Source: Histomonas meleagridis 2922-C6/04-290x
Taxonomy: Eukaryota > Protista > Parabasalia
Assembly (NCBI GenBank): GCA_020184695.1
Contig: JAANOX010000236.1
Span: forward strand, 76,823-140,822
DNA length: 64,000 bases
Direction: 5' to 3'
Made by a program: the position numbers and the translations under genes. Each line of letters starts with the position of its first letter. Position 1 is the stretch's first letter. Positions 9,254 through 21,217 of the stretch are shown piece after piece. The notes beneath the pieces were generated by a model. That model was not told where the DNA came from, searched no databases, and saw only the letters and a program-made list of their open reading frames with translations.

Positions 9254-10132
9254 AATATTTTTTGATACATTTGTTGTTCGTATACTTGATAAATCATGTA
9301 GATACGATTTGTTGCGAATTTAAGTAGAATTTGTGTTCATTTTGCGTTCGATTCACATATTGAAAGGCATAAGAAAAAATCACTAAATTCTTATTAAATT
9401 TTTGATCACTTGTAACATGTTTTACATTGCAAAAATATGTAAAGAATTTACATTTCATTAAGAATATGATAATACAATAAAATTGAGAATAAAACAAAAT
9501 TTTGTTTGATGTGATTACATTTTGCTGGATCATAACACATAAAATGAGATAGATTAAATATATTATAAAAAAAATTATTTTTGATATCATGTAATGCATT
9601 ATTGTATTCTTTCTAATTAAAAACAATTAATATCGAAGTGTATTAAAAAATTCATTTTATAAGTATTACTCAACTTATTTCATACATATTGAATATATTT
9701 TGGTTTAGTAAATATTAATTAAATTTTAAAGACATTAGGCCCACATTTTATATTGTTTATTATCAATAACATATTTCATTAAAGTGATTGCAATTATTAC
9801 TTTTTAAATTTGGAAAATTAAGAAAATATGAAAGTTATGCAAAATAAATTTTCATTGTAATTCACATGGTATTATTTCTTCTTGTTTCAAGCAAATATTA
9901 TTAATATGGATAATTGCATTTCGCAGTATCTAATTAATTAATTCGATTTTCATGACTCCATTTATTATTTCATAAAATAAACATTAAAAAAATTATTTTA
10001 TTAATGTACTCATTTGGTAAAAACACTTTTTTAATTAAATTAATGAAAATATTAATGAAAAATGTAATACAAATTGTGATTTTATTATGTAGAACAACGA
10101 ATTTTATACGCTTTATATAAATGGAATTGCTT

Positions 10133-11491
10133 TCATTTTGAGCGAAGATATGCTAAAGTTTCTTTAGCTTTCATGTGTAGATTGTCATTTCTAATTCCTA
10201 ATGATATTACCCTATGAATAGCTATTCTGTTTAATATACAATTATTTTTTCTTGAACAATCCACAGCAAATTGCTTAGCAGTATCTATAAAAGCTGAAAT
10301 CAAATCTTCTTTAATATTTTTCTCTCCAATCCTAAGAATAGCGCAAGCTAAACCACTTAAACTATATAATTGCTTTGATTCCATTTGTAATAATTCTTTC
10401 GATTGATGATCGTGGTTTTTCATTGCATAGAAATTTAATGCATAAATTTTATAGCACTTTGATAAATATGTATAATATTGATTTGCATATTCAATCTCTT
10501 CAGGAAGCTCAAGACTTAAGAGTTTTCCTATTAGATTAGCAAAATACATAAAAGTTTCTAACTTAGGTGAAAGATTATTTAGTGTTTCATGTGCTGTTAA
10601 ATTATTAGAAAATGTATTAAACATAACAGAAATCATTGATATTATATATGGGTAAATTTCATATATATTTGTGCTCAAAAACAAATCATATAACAAATAA
10701 AAAACATCTTGAAAAATAAACAACATTTTTTCTTGTAATTTGATAAACATTTGATATAATGTGAATATACACAAGATTATTAATTTTTCATCAGATGATT
10801 TAAATATTGGCAAAAGTGATCGAAAAATTACTGAGATCTTGCGTTCAGAATTGTTAGAAAAGAGTTCACCACCTAAGTATGAAATGCCAGTGAAAATTGC
10901 CTTGATAGAAATTTTGATATTTTCATCATCATTAGGTAGAGACATAAGAATAATGATGGCTGAACTAAAGAAATTTCGGTAAATCGAAATGAGGGGATTT
11001 GTTTTGAGATCAATTTGGAAATTTGGTTTATGAAGAATTTTAATAAAAATCAGTAAAAATGAAATAGAACAATTGGGTTTCGTATTTGTTTTAATGATAT
11101 TATTAGAAATTTCTTGGAGTGTGTCCAACCAATTTTCTTGTGCTCTAAAGATTTGAGCAAAGACTTTGCATGAAAACCTTTGAAGATCCAAGTCAGTACT
11201 TTGAATTGCTTGAGTAATGCTTTCCTTTAGTTCATTAACAAGAATGGAATTATCGACTAATTGATTTAAAACAGATTGACTAATTGTGAGAATTCTATTT
11301 AGAATAAATACTGCATTCCTTCTTGTATTAATTGGAATATTTTCATTTTTTATCAAGAAAGCAAAAGCTTGAATGCAATCAACCAGTTGTTCTTTAAACA
11401 TATCATTTAATTCTTTTTCTATTTTTGTATCTGGATCATCAGTACAATAATTCTCTAAAATGTTATTAAAGTATTTAATTTTTTCTTCCAT
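10133..11491 (-). CDS. Hypothetical alpha-helical (HEAT/ARM-like) protein
   Basis: 452-aa ORF. The N-terminus (RRNAVFILNRIL...LQRFSCKVFAQI) loosely resembles importin-beta-type HEAT repeats. Confidence 0.4.
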   Translation of the reverse strand: MEEKIKYFNNILENYCTDDPDTKIEKELNDMFKEQLVDCIQAFAFLIKNENIPINTRRNAVFILNRILTISQSVLNQLVDNSILVNELKESITQAIQSTDLDLQRFSCKVFAQIFRAQENWLDTLQEISNNIIKTNTKPNCSISFLLIFIKILHKPNFQIDLKTNPLISIYRNFFSSAIIILMSLPNDDENIKISIKAIFTGISYLGGELFSNNSERKISVIFRSLLPIFKSSDEKLIILCIFTLYQMFIKLQEKMLFIFQDVFYLLYDLFLSTNIYEIYPYIISMISVMFNTFSNNLTAHETLNNLSPKLETFMYFANLIGKLLSLELPEEIEYANQYYTYLSKCYKIYALNFYAMKNHDHQSKELLQMESKQLYSLSGLACAILRIGEKNIKEDLISAFIDTAKQFAVDCSRKNNCILNRIAIHRVISLGIRNDNLHMKAKETLAYLRSK

Positions 11492-11673
11492 TTCTCATCA
11501 TTAACTCTATCGTTATAAGCGTTTGTATTGTGTAACTAAAGTAAAAAATCAGAAGAAACGCAAATTCATTCAGCACAAAGAATTCTTTCTATTAGATCTG
11601 AGTAATTAGGATGAAAATTATTTAAAAAAAATATTTATTTTTATTAAAAAAAATATATAATTTAAACAAACAT

Positions 11674-14600
11674 TTAAATTTCATCTAATGGTATTATCTT
11701 TGTGAAGTTTGTGAATGGCTTTGCATTTGCCTGATCAACATCAGAAGGTAATGTGTAGAAACATTTCTCGCCCAAAATTTCGAACATTTTCGAGAATATT
11801 GGTGAGTTTTCGAGTGTTTTTCTTGATCCAACCAAAATGAACTTTGTCTTCGCTCTTGTTATAGACACGTTCAGTCTTTGCCAATCTGTTATATGTACTC
11901 CGGGAGAGCTCTTTCTATTCGATTTAACAGCAGAAAACATTACGACTTCTTTATCTCTTCCTTGGAACTTATCTACTGTATGACATTCAAGTTGTTTCTT
12001 AATGACCTCAATATCATTAATAAGTGTCGGGAAATATAATTGAGCACTTCTTAATTGAAATTCAAGTGCTTCTTTAATGAAATGAACTTGTGCTCTATAT
12101 GGTGATATGATACCAATTTGAGTTGGTGAAATCCCACATAAAACTAGAGTAACAGCAGCAGCAGAAATTATAGCTGCTTCACCTCTATTCATTTTTGAAC
12201 CATGGCCTTTCATTTCTAACATTTCTACTTGATCAGTATCATACATCAAAATCGATGGGGTACCCTCAATCGTTGGTTTGAGCCACCCCTGGTGTAAACG
12301 GTCGAATTCATTCAATATCTCGGGGTGCCCCACATTCAATTTCGCATCACCAATAACCGATAAACCTGTTCTCATTCTTTGATTATAAATTAATGTATTA
12401 CATAACTTTAAGATGTCATCATTCATTCTATATTGTGTCCTTAAAGTAACGACAGCATGAGGATGAGCTTCACATAAAATCCTAAAGAGTGATGGAGGCT
12501 TTTCATTCATTTCAGATCCATATCTTCTAATTGGCGAAAGTTGATAATGATCACCAACGAGAATAAATCTTTTGCATCGTGATAAAGGTCCGAGTACAGT
12601 TGGAACGTCAATTTGTGAAGCTTCATCTACGACACAAACGTCGAATAATCTTGATGATATTAACGGATGATTAAATCCTAAACAAGTTGAAGCGAATATT
12701 TTACAATTATCGAGAACATTTTTAAGTGAATCGACTGAATCTGTTTCTTCGATAATTTTATCAAGTGAATAACGTAATATATCGTCATGAATACTTGTAG
12801 TTTGACCTATACGGATAAAGTTAATATGTTGTTCAGCAAGTTTGATACAAAGATTATCAACAGCAGTATGTGTGAAAGAAGCAATTAAAATTCGTTCATT
12901 ACGTTTCGCTAATGTACCTATTAAAGATGCAACTGTTGTAGTTTTACCTGTGCCAGGCATTCCTAATAATAACATATAATCTTTCGAAGCAATTGCTGTT
13001 TGAATTGCTCTTCTTTGATCTTCATTAAGTCCATAATCAATTGAATCTATATCAGGTAATGGATCAAATATTGGCGGCTGTAAATCTACAACTAATTCTC
13101 GTAATCGAATTCCAGATATAATATTATCAGATGCAAATAATGATAATAAATTCGTTCGACAAATATCAACGCCTGTAATACTTTCCCATATATCTAAACA
13201 TATTCCTTCTTCATCTGGAACTAAAACGGATTCAATAACTTCAACACATATTACATTTTCTTCAAGATTAATAGTGGTTACACGTCCTCGTCCTACAATT
13301 GGTGGTACACCATTACGTGTGAACATTACAAAAGAACCTTTTGTAATTGTCGATCTTTCGATTGTTCCTTCTTTAGCTATAAAATTCATTTCAGTATTAA
13401 TACCTTCAGCTACTTTTAAATCAGAAATTGCTCTTCCATTTCTAATCCTAATATTAAGTGGTGTCATCCAAATCATAGTTTGCGCGTTATATACTACTTG
13501 CATTTCTTCTAATAGATTTCGTTCAAAGTTACGATAAAATGAAATATGATGTTCATTAGGATAATATGGTAAATTAGATCGAAGAAACTTAGCAATTGGT
13601 GACTTAATAGTTTCACCAGTTTCCAAAAATGCGCATGCAGTAATTCCACTACAATTATTACAGAATTTTTCTGTTCCGACTGTACTTGGTACAGTTCCAT
13701 GTGCTATAGCATGTGCTAATTTATTCCTTTTCATGATAATATGTAAAAGTTCATTATGCGTTGGTGCAATATTAAATGAAACACTATCGCCGGAATAAAA
13801 TAATGCTCCGCTATTACCCGATTTTTCTGGATATTTCTCTTTCATCATAAATATATACGCGGCTAATTGTAAGATATGTTCTGACCGTGGAATGGCTCCC
13901 ATCGATTTACCGGACTTAATTTCAAGTGGAAATATATGTTCGTCATCTTGAAGTGTTACATCAATTTTACCTTTTAAGCCCCATTGAAATGACCAAATAC
14001 TTTCTTCTTCATTAACAATGCTACATCCATATGGCGGTAAAAATTGGATGTTTTCGAAGACATGCGTCGGCTGATTAAAGTTATATTTTTCAGATGATTG
14101 AAAATTTAATTTGATGTTGTCACTAATCTTTCGGATGACTGATAAAGAATTGGAAATTTCACGTATAAAAGTGGCTTTGTCTTGCCCTATAAAATAAAGA
14201 CTAAGTTTTTCAGTCTCAAGAAGATTATCAATTCGAGCTTCAAAGGAATCAATACTACCTTCAATAAGAATGATTTGGATCAACTCATGAATAATAGTTC
14301 CTTTCAACATAAAGAAGTTGGTGCAGCCTGAAGGACTGATGTCCATTAAATACGCTTTACGATCACAGATTTGACTGGCCGCTAATTTGGTTCCTTGAAT
14401 AAGTATTTGTGGTAAAAGTATGAAATAACCTTGTTCGTTGTCAATGACCATTGAATATTTGTTGTTGTAAAGTCCATATGTTTCATCTTTTTTAACCCAA
14501 TTTCCAATCACAAAAGCAGTATCACCCATTGTGATTTTAGATGAGCACCAAAAACCACGGAGATGAACAAAACGTTCTTCTTGTCCAATACCAGGCCATA

Positions 14601-14829
14601 GACGTACGATTAATTCTGACTCATAGATTTGATCATCAATACTTTGTTCAAATGTATCTATGACAATAAACAAAGGTTGAGTAGTTGATATTTCACCAGC
14701 TTCTTGACAGGATCCACTTGATGGTGGTAAATCAGAAGAAAAAGGAAGCTCCATAAGCTGATTTGAAACCTCTGTAAAAAGAGGAGACATTTCTGTCATG
14801 CTGTCATCCGAATCTGAGAGAAAATCCAT
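11674..14829 (-). CDS. DNA2: Dna2 nuclease/helicase
   Basis: Nuclease motifs GLKGKID, LEIKSG, HILQLAAY and Fe-S cysteines (CDRK; CNNCSGITAC). SF1 helicase motifs GMPGTGKT, DEASQ, LVGDHYQL, TVDKFQGRDKE, RLNVSITRAK. Confidence 0.95.
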   Translation of the reverse strand: MDFLSDSDDSMTEMSPLFTEVSNQLMELPFSSDLPPSSGSCQEAGEISTTQPLFIVIDTFEQSIDDQIYESELIVRLWPGIGQEERFVHLRGFWCSSKITMGDTAFVIGNWVKKDETYGLYNNKYSMVIDNEQGYFILLPQILIQGTKLAASQICDRKAYLMDISPSGCTNFFMLKGTIIHELIQIILIEGSIDSFEARIDNLLETEKLSLYFIGQDKATFIREISNSLSVIRKISDNIKLNFQSSEKYNFNQPTHVFENIQFLPPYGCSIVNEEESIWSFQWGLKGKIDVTLQDDEHIFPLEIKSGKSMGAIPRSEHILQLAAYIFMMKEKYPEKSGNSGALFYSGDSVSFNIAPTHNELLHIIMKRNKLAHAIAHGTVPSTVGTEKFCNNCSGITACAFLETGETIKSPIAKFLRSNLPYYPNEHHISFYRNFERNLLEEMQVVYNAQTMIWMTPLNIRIRNGRAISDLKVAEGINTEMNFIAKEGTIERSTITKGSFVMFTRNGVPPIVGRGRVTTINLEENVICVEVIESVLVPDEEGICLDIWESITGVDICRTNLLSLFASDNIISGIRLRELVVDLQPPIFDPLPDIDSIDYGLNEDQRRAIQTAIASKDYMLLLGMPGTGKTTTVASLIGTLAKRNERILIASFTHTAVDNLCIKLAEQHINFIRIGQTTSIHDDILRYSLDKIIEETDSVDSLKNVLDNCKIFASTCLGFNHPLISSRLFDVCVVDEASQIDVPTVLGPLSRCKRFILVGDHYQLSPIRRYGSEMNEKPPSLFRILCEAHPHAVVTLRTQYRMNDDILKLCNTLIYNQRMRTGLSVIGDAKLNVGHPEILNEFDRLHQGWLKPTIEGTPSILMYDTDQVEMLEMKGHGSKMNRGEAAIISAAAVTLVLCGISPTQIGIISPYRAQVHFIKEALEFQLRSAQLYFPTLINDIEVIKKQLECHTVDKFQGRDKEVVMFSAVKSNRKSSPGVHITDWQRLNVSITRAKTKFILVGSRKTLENSPIFSKMFEILGEKCFYTLPSDVDQANAKPFTNFTKIIPLDEI

Positions 14830-15376
14830 AAGAAAAGGCTGAAGGAAATCGAGCTTGTGGTTTAATTGCTTTCATAAGACGGTTAATCAGACAAAGGCTG
14901 CCAAATAATAATTACGTTTACCATTTCCACTGACTACATTGAATATTGTTTTATGTTATAACATTTCTGCTAATTTTAATAAAACAATAAGTGATAATAA
15001 TATATGTCTTACCTCACTTGCTCAATTTGATAAATGTTTGTCTATTTTATCCGTTCATATTTTTTGAGTGATTTCAAAATGCTTTTTCCCTTGGAGTTAA
15101 CATAAATTTTCAAACTTTAAAATTCTATAATACTAAAGTCGTATATATTATAATTATCTGGTTCATTTAAACATATTTCATTGTTTATAAAATGGATAAT
15201 AACTCACAATTTTTTTAATAACAACAAAGTTAATAAAATTAAAAATTTTTTTAATAAATAAATAAACGTCATTTAATGTGAAATCCAGACTTTTCAAGTA
15301 TGAATTTCATTAACAGAAAATTCATTCAAATTAAAGAAAATATCAATATTTTTGGAAAATATTACTATTTCACTCC

Positions 15377-18220
15377 TTAAATGCCTATTTTAACGATATT
15401 ATCTTCTTTGAAATCTTTTGCAAATGGATCTTCTTCAATATTAGATTGACGGTATCCAATCGAAATGTTGTGTTCGTTTTCTGTCTCTTGGAAGACAACT
15501 TCTAAATCTTCATCATTACTTTCTTTTTGATTCCTTCGAAGGCGTATTAACAATATGATGATTAATGTAAGAATAATTACTGCAATTGCAGCACCAACAA
15601 TAATATAAATATGTGTATTAATGAGTCCTTTTTGTTCTTTTTGTTGCTCTTTTTGTAAAATAGTATAGAAATTGGAATAAAAACTATAATACATTGAGTA
15701 TATTATAATTGTATATTCATAATAAATGAATTTTGTTTCAATATATGTGGGTTGAGAATTATAAATTGTATATAAATGTGTGGTCTTTAAAAGAGTTCTT
15801 AAAAATGAATAAGATTCAGTAATTGAAAGTGAACATGTTAAAATAATAGAATGCGACATAGTAGCATCTAAAAGAAAAGTTTCTGTAAACACATTTGATT
15901 TGGTAAAAGCATTAGATTTGGAAAATATTTCAGATTTAGTAAAAGCATTTGATTTAGTGAATACATTTGATTTGGTAAAAGCATTAGATTTGGAAAATAT
16001 TTCAGATTTAGTAAAAGCATTTGATTTAGTGAATACATTTGATTTAGTAAAAACATTTGATTTAGTAAAAGTGTTTGATTTAGTAAAAACATTTGATTTA
16101 GTAAAAGTGTTTGATTTAGTAAAAACATTTGATTTAGTAAAAGTGTTTGATTTAGTAAAAACATTTGATTTAGTAAAAGTGTTTGATTTAGTGAAAACAT
16201 TTGATTTGGTAAAAACATTTGATTTAGTGAAAACATTTGATTTGGTAAAAACATTTGATTTAGTAAATGTTTTTGAAAATGTATTTGACTTTGTAAAAGT
16301 AAACGTTGGAGGAAGGCATTGATCGATTGTTGTTTTACTGGTTAACATATTCCCAAAAGAAGTACTAGTATATGCTGATGTTACCATAATTGTATCTGTT
16401 GGAACGTTTATAAATGCATTTTCATTAAATTCTGGTTCACTATTTCCATTATAATAGATACATTTAAGTTGATTACAATTGGCAAATGCATAATCACCGA
16501 TTGTTTGAATACTTCCTTCGATATATATTACATTTAAAGCTCTACAATAATAAAATGCATGATCGCCAAAGGAAGTAACTGATTTAGGAATTGTAACATT
16601 TGTTAGTTTTGAACAATAATAAAATACATAATCACCGATTTCTGGAATATTTCCATTGATTTCAACTGTTTCTAAATTGGAACATGATTGAAATGCACGA
16701 ATTCCAAGAGATTTAAGAGAACTTGGCATTGTGAAATTTTTTAAAGCAATACATGAATAAAATGCATATTCACCGATTGTTTCTAGTTTGTTACCAACAA
16801 TTATTGTTTCCAAGTACGAACAATATATAAATGCATTGTCCATAATCGTTTTAATATTATCTCCAATATCAATTGTTTTTAAAGCTTTACATTGATAAAA
16901 TGATTTTATTCCAATTGTTGTGACTGAATTAGGAATCACAATTTTTATTAGTTTTGAACATAAATAAAAAGTATTTTCTCCTATTTCTGGAATATTTCCT
17001 TTGATTTCAATTGTTTCTAATTCATAGCAATATTGGAATGTATAATTTCCAAGAAATTTAAGAGAACTTGGCATTGTGAAATTTTTTAATTTTTTACATG
17101 TATCAAAGGCAAATTCATCAATTATTTCTAATTTATTTCCGATAATAATTGTTTCCAAATTTTCACAAACTAGTAAAGAACGATATCCAATTGTTTTAAT
17201 ATTTGTTCCTAAATTAATCGTTTTTAAACTAATACATGCATAAAAAGCACGTGTTTCAACTGTTACAATAGAATTTGGAAGAATTATAGAACTTAATGAA
17301 TTGCAACCAAAAAATACATAACCACGAATCGTATCAATATTTCCATAAATTTTAACTGTTTCTAAACTAACGCAAACTTGAAAAGCAGCACCTCCAATTG
17401 ATTGGACTGAACTTGGAATTTCGATGCTTTGTAAGCTGGAACAGTTATTAAATGCAAATTCATTAATTGTAGTAATTGTATTACTAAGCTGAACTGTTAA
17501 AATTGAAATCCAATTATTGAATGCAGAATATGGTAATGTCGTAACACCACTTGAAACAATTACATTTTCTGCTAAAGTGCCATAATTTTTTAAGTTTCCA
17601 ATATCATCTAAATTTGTAATTGTAAGTGTTTTTGTATTAGCATCCCATGTTGCTGAAAATGAATAAATAGAAAAAAGAGAAAAAGTAAAAGGAAGAAAAC
17701 TCTTTGATATTGTTATTTGGTTTTTATTAATTTTTTTATTACTGATTAATGAAACGAAACTAAAAAGAAAAACAAAAATTAGTATCAAAAAATTGAAATT
17801 ATAAATGAGATTAGGATTTTGAATATAGTATATGTTTTCATTTTGTTTTGATCCTCCTGTGAATTTCAGTATAAAAAATACAAAATTTTTTGCATGTGAA
17901 AACAATAAATTAGAATGGTTGAATGATTTGATTTCGGATAATTTATTAATCTCAAAGGGAATTAATTGATGAGTAAAATCTTCATATATAATTGTTCGTT
18001 TTATGAAACAATTAATACGAGTAAGCCGGAGAAATCGATTGTATATGCTAATTTTATAATTATATGCCAAACTGATCAGTTTTGTAAACAATTTTCCTGA
18101 TTCATGATTTTCATTTCGTGAAAAAGACATAATGGAAACACTATTACTATCACTTCTTGTTTTCAAAAGAGATATATGTGCTAACGCAATAAAAACCATA
18201 AAGAAATAGATATTTCCCAT
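15377..18220 (-). CDS. BspA-like (TpLRR) type-I surface protein; true start may lie downstream of 18220
   Basis: Many IP/xSVxxIGxxAFxxCxxL repeats, a TKSN(T/V)F stalk, a TM helix (IYIIVGAAIAVIILTLIIILLI) and an acidic tail with EEDPFAKDFKE. Confidence 0.9.
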   Translation of the reverse strand: MGNIYFFMVFIALAHISLLKTRSDSNSVSIMSFSRNENHESGKLFTKLISLAYNYKISIYNRFLRLTRINCFIKRTIIYEDFTHQLIPFEINKLSEIKSFNHSNLLFSHAKNFVFFILKFTGGSKQNENIYYIQNPNLIYNFNFLILIFVFLFSFVSLISNKKINKNQITISKSFLPFTFSLFSIYSFSATWDANTKTLTITNLDDIGNLKNYGTLAENVIVSSGVTTLPYSAFNNWISILTVQLSNTITTINEFAFNNCSSLQSIEIPSSVQSIGGAAFQVCVSLETVKIYGNIDTIRGYVFFGCNSLSSIILPNSIVTVETRAFYACISLKTINLGTNIKTIGYRSLLVCENLETIIIGNKLEIIDEFAFDTCKKLKNFTMPSSLKFLGNYTFQYCYELETIEIKGNIPEIGENTFYLCSKLIKIVIPNSVTTIGIKSFYQCKALKTIDIGDNIKTIMDNAFIYCSYLETIIVGNKLETIGEYAFYSCIALKNFTMPSSLKSLGIRAFQSCSNLETVEINGNIPEIGDYVFYYCSKLTNVTIPKSVTSFGDHAFYYCRALNVIYIEGSIQTIGDYAFANCNQLKCIYYNGNSEPEFNENAFINVPTDTIMVTSAYTSTSFGNMLTSKTTIDQCLPPTFTFTKSNTFSKTFTKSNVFTKSNVFTKSNVFTKSNVFTKSNTFTKSNVFTKSNTFTKSNVFTKSNTFTKSNVFTKSNTFTKSNVFTKSNVFTKSNAFTKSEIFSKSNAFTKSNVFTKSNAFTKSEIFSKSNAFTKSNVFTETFLLDATMSHSIILTCSLSITESYSFLRTLLKTTHLYTIYNSQPTYIETKFIYYEYTIIIYSMYYSFYSNFYTILQKEQQKEQKGLINTHIYIIVGAAIAVIILTLIIILLIRLRRNQKESNDEDLEVVFQETENEHNISIGYRQSNIEEDPFAKDFKEDNIVKIGI
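15891..16300 (-). repeat. 18-bp coding tandem repeat (TKSNTF/TKSNVF), with a duplicated 72-bp higher-order unit
   Basis: Plus-strand unit tttgatttagtaaaaaca repeated about 22 times. Confidence 0.95.
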
Positions 18221-19359
18221 TGATGAAAATTTTGATAATATCTCAAAAAGTCTAAAAAATTAACAGTTAGAATTCAAAAATTGAAAAAAATGAGCGTAAC
18301 AATTGAGAATATTTCGTCAAATCGCCATTTTTAACACAACTTTTCCACTGGATTATCCGACAAAACAATACAAAACCGTTAATGTTTTTCAATGCGATAA
18401 AAATGTGAAAAGTGTAACACAATAAATTGAACGTTAAATAAATCAATTTCGTTTTCTTAAAAGTTCGAGCAATTGTAGAAACTGATTTATCTAAATTATG
18501 TTATCATTTATCATAATGGTTAATTGATGCACAACCCTATAGAAATGGGAGACCTCAAAAAAAAATCTTCTTACATTAATGATCTGTACAGATCTTTTGC
18601 CACAACTCACAAAAACAAAATTTGCTTGGCATAAATGCATTATTTTAATGAATGATTTTATTCCATCATCAAAATTTGTTCGATTTTTATTAGAAAGAGT
18701 ATATTTCAATCTCAATGATTAAATCAATATAAATACTGAATGTTAATTATGTTTTATCTAATGGAACTTCAAATTTCAAAATCCCAACGTGGAATATTCT
18801 GTAACAAGTTGAAATAATGTGATATGGATAAGAATATAATATGATGCATAATTATATATGAGAATTATTCCATTTCAACTTTATTATTATTTTATAATAA
18901 GTAAATCACTATTTCAAATGCAAAAAAATATATGAATTTATTAAGAATTAAGAAAAAATCATTTAATTAGCTATTTTAATTTTTTTTTAAATATTAATAA
19001 TTATATTTACCTCGGTATTTATATAACATGTAAAAAAATTTGGGTTGATTTTATTAAGGATAATTCATGTTTGGGGAGTTGCAAATTACCCAGATTCAAA
19101 CCGTAAAGCACGCCTTTTTGAAAAAAACTGTATTTTATTCAAAATTGCATGATGTTCGGAATTTTTGACTATCATAACTGCCCTTTGAAAACAAAAAAGT
19201 GCAAGGAAATTTAGCAAAAAGTGTAAAACTGTTTGACAGTTGATCATTCAATCAAAAAATGATACTGAATTTTGAGTATTATGTTGAATTGAAAAAGTGT
19301 ATTGAAATCGATATTAACCAGTTGAAATTGAATTAAACCGAAGAAGTTGAACAACACAA

Positions 19360-20235
19360 ATGGAGCTATATCAACTTGAATGGATCTATGCTGCCTCTAT
19401 ATTTCTTTTAACTATTATTGGTAACATTGGTCCTTTGTTTATTACTGCGCCTCAGTGGACGTCACGATTAGAAGCTATGGCTGGTGGCGTATTTCTTGGT
19501 GCTGGTCTTGCACATCTTCTTTGCGATGCAAATGAGCACCTTCACCAGGCGAAGGATATTCATTACCCAGTTGCTCCTGCTGTTGCTGTTGGAACTTTTG
19601 TTTTACTTACTTTAGTTGAATTATTTTCATATTCAGAACACGATGCAAAAGAAAAGCTAGAACAAGGAAATGATCAAAATACTGATGTCAGCTTAATTTC
19701 ACAAGTTTCATTAATGGATGATACAGAAATCCCCATTGGAGAACGACGCGATCGAAAGATCACCCATTTCGGAACTTCACTTCGAAACATAACAGGCGCT
19801 ACCATTTCCCTATATGTTATTATGGACATACATTCTGCTATTGAAGGTTTAACTCTTGGTATTCTTGATAAAAAATCCTCAATTGCAATTTTCATTGCAA
19901 TTGCTTGTCACAAATCCGTTGAAGCATTTGCTCTTTCCCTCATTCTTCTTAATGACAAGCCAACAAAAGTTTTGTTTTGGATCTTAGTCATTATTTATTG
20001 TCTGATGAGTCCTGTTGCAATCATTGTTGGTCATTCGCTTCAAAGAATTAGTGGCCAATTGGCTCTCGGAATTATTGCATCATTTTCTGCTGGAACTTTT
20101 ATGTTTGTTGGATGCCACGAATGGTCTGAAATGTTCGAGCATAAGCAAGAATGGGGCGTGTGCGAAAAGGTTTGGCACATTCTGTTTTTCGTTCTTGGTT
20201 TGTTATGGATGCTCATCGTAGCAATCTTTGAATGA
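19360..20235 (+). CDS. ZIP-family zinc/iron permease
   Basis: AGGVFLGAGLAHLL, HSAIEGL, IACHKSVEAFAL motifs and multiple TM helices. Confidence 0.93.
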   Translation: MELYQLEWIYAASIFLLTIIGNIGPLFITAPQWTSRLEAMAGGVFLGAGLAHLLCDANEHLHQAKDIHYPVAPAVAVGTFVLLTLVELFSYSEHDAKEKLEQGNDQNTDVSLISQVSLMDDTEIPIGERRDRKITHFGTSLRNITGATISLYVIMDIHSAIEGLTLGILDKKSSIAIFIAIACHKSVEAFALSLILLNDKPTKVLFWILVIIYCLMSPVAIIVGHSLQRISGQLALGIIASFSAGTFMFVGCHEWSEMFEHKQEWGVCEKVWHILFFVLGLLWMLIVAIFE

Positions 20236-20873
20236 TACATATGTAATTTCCCATTTTAATTCAATAAAATGTTGGAATATATATAATAATATGTTTTGAT
20301 TTGAATGAAAATTTCAAAATATTTGTAATTTTTTTTAGAAAGAAAAAAATGTCTGCTGATAATAAATGAATTGCATTTTCGTTACATTTTATGCTTTAAT
20401 TGTTTGTTGAAATCTTTTATGACTACTTTGTTCCTATGGTAATATTTACACTAATTTCAAAAATATTGATTTTATTTCTTTTTACAATATATTTTAAGGC
20501 ATATTTCTTTTAATTTGATATGAAATGGTTACCTGTATTTCTATATAATTTATTTGTCATGATGATTTTTAGTATCCGAAACATTCTAATTAATATTTTA
20601 TCCATTAGAAGTTATAAGGTAAAAATTTTGGAAATTGCATTTCTTCTAATGGATAAAGATTTTAAAAGAAATTATTAACATAGAATTTAAAAAATGATTA
20701 CATTAAAGGATATATAATGAATAGGTGATAATACTAATATTAAAATGATTTTATGTGTTAATCATTATTAAAAATATCCTAATTTTGAAATATTCTTGGT
20801 TGCTTATCCAAACATTATGTAAATTTATAAAGTTATTATAAAAATAATAAAAATATAAAAAACCCTCTGTTGT

Positions 20874-21137
20874 TTAATGATGATGTTGCATATTTTCTTC
20901 TTGTATAATATTTTCGAGGTATACGAGCTTATGCATTGCACGCTTGTGTGTTCCAAGACGTTTCTTGAGGAATGTACGTGCTGACTTCCTTTTTTCTAAT
21001 TTGATAAGATCCATTGCACGACGTTCATATGGTGACCATCCAGCAAGTTCATGGATAACTTCACGAACAAACTTTGCACGCTTTCCGCTTGATCCTTTCC
21101 TGGTTTTGGTTGCAACCTGTTTTTCAGTTCCCGACAT
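20874..21137 (-). CDS. RPL36: 60S ribosomal protein L36
   Basis: KFVREVIHELAGWSPYERRAMDLIK...FLKKRLGTHKRA matches eL36. Confidence 0.95.
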   Translation of the reverse strand: MSGTEKQVATKTRKGSSGKRAKFVREVIHELAGWSPYERRAMDLIKLEKRKSARTFLKKRLGTHKRAMHKLVYLENIIQEENMQHHH

Positions 21138-21140
21138 TGT

Positions 21141-21145
21141 AAAGG
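21141..21145 (-). promoter_or_regulatory. M5 (CCTTT) alternative initiator upstream of RPL36
   Basis: CCTTT-ACA-ATG on the minus strand. M5 is the known Trichomonas core-promoter element enriched in ribosomal-protein genes. Confidence 0.65.
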
Positions 21146-21217
21146 TCGACCAAACCGAAAAAACCGAAATTTTGCGGGTCCAGCAAAAACATTAAAAAAT
21201 TAAAAAAAATAAAAAAA

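Noticed and set aside
15868-16322. Extra ORFs (LNQMFL... and VKTFDL... repeats)
   Set aside because: Alternative frames of the 18-bp coding repeat inside the BspA gene.
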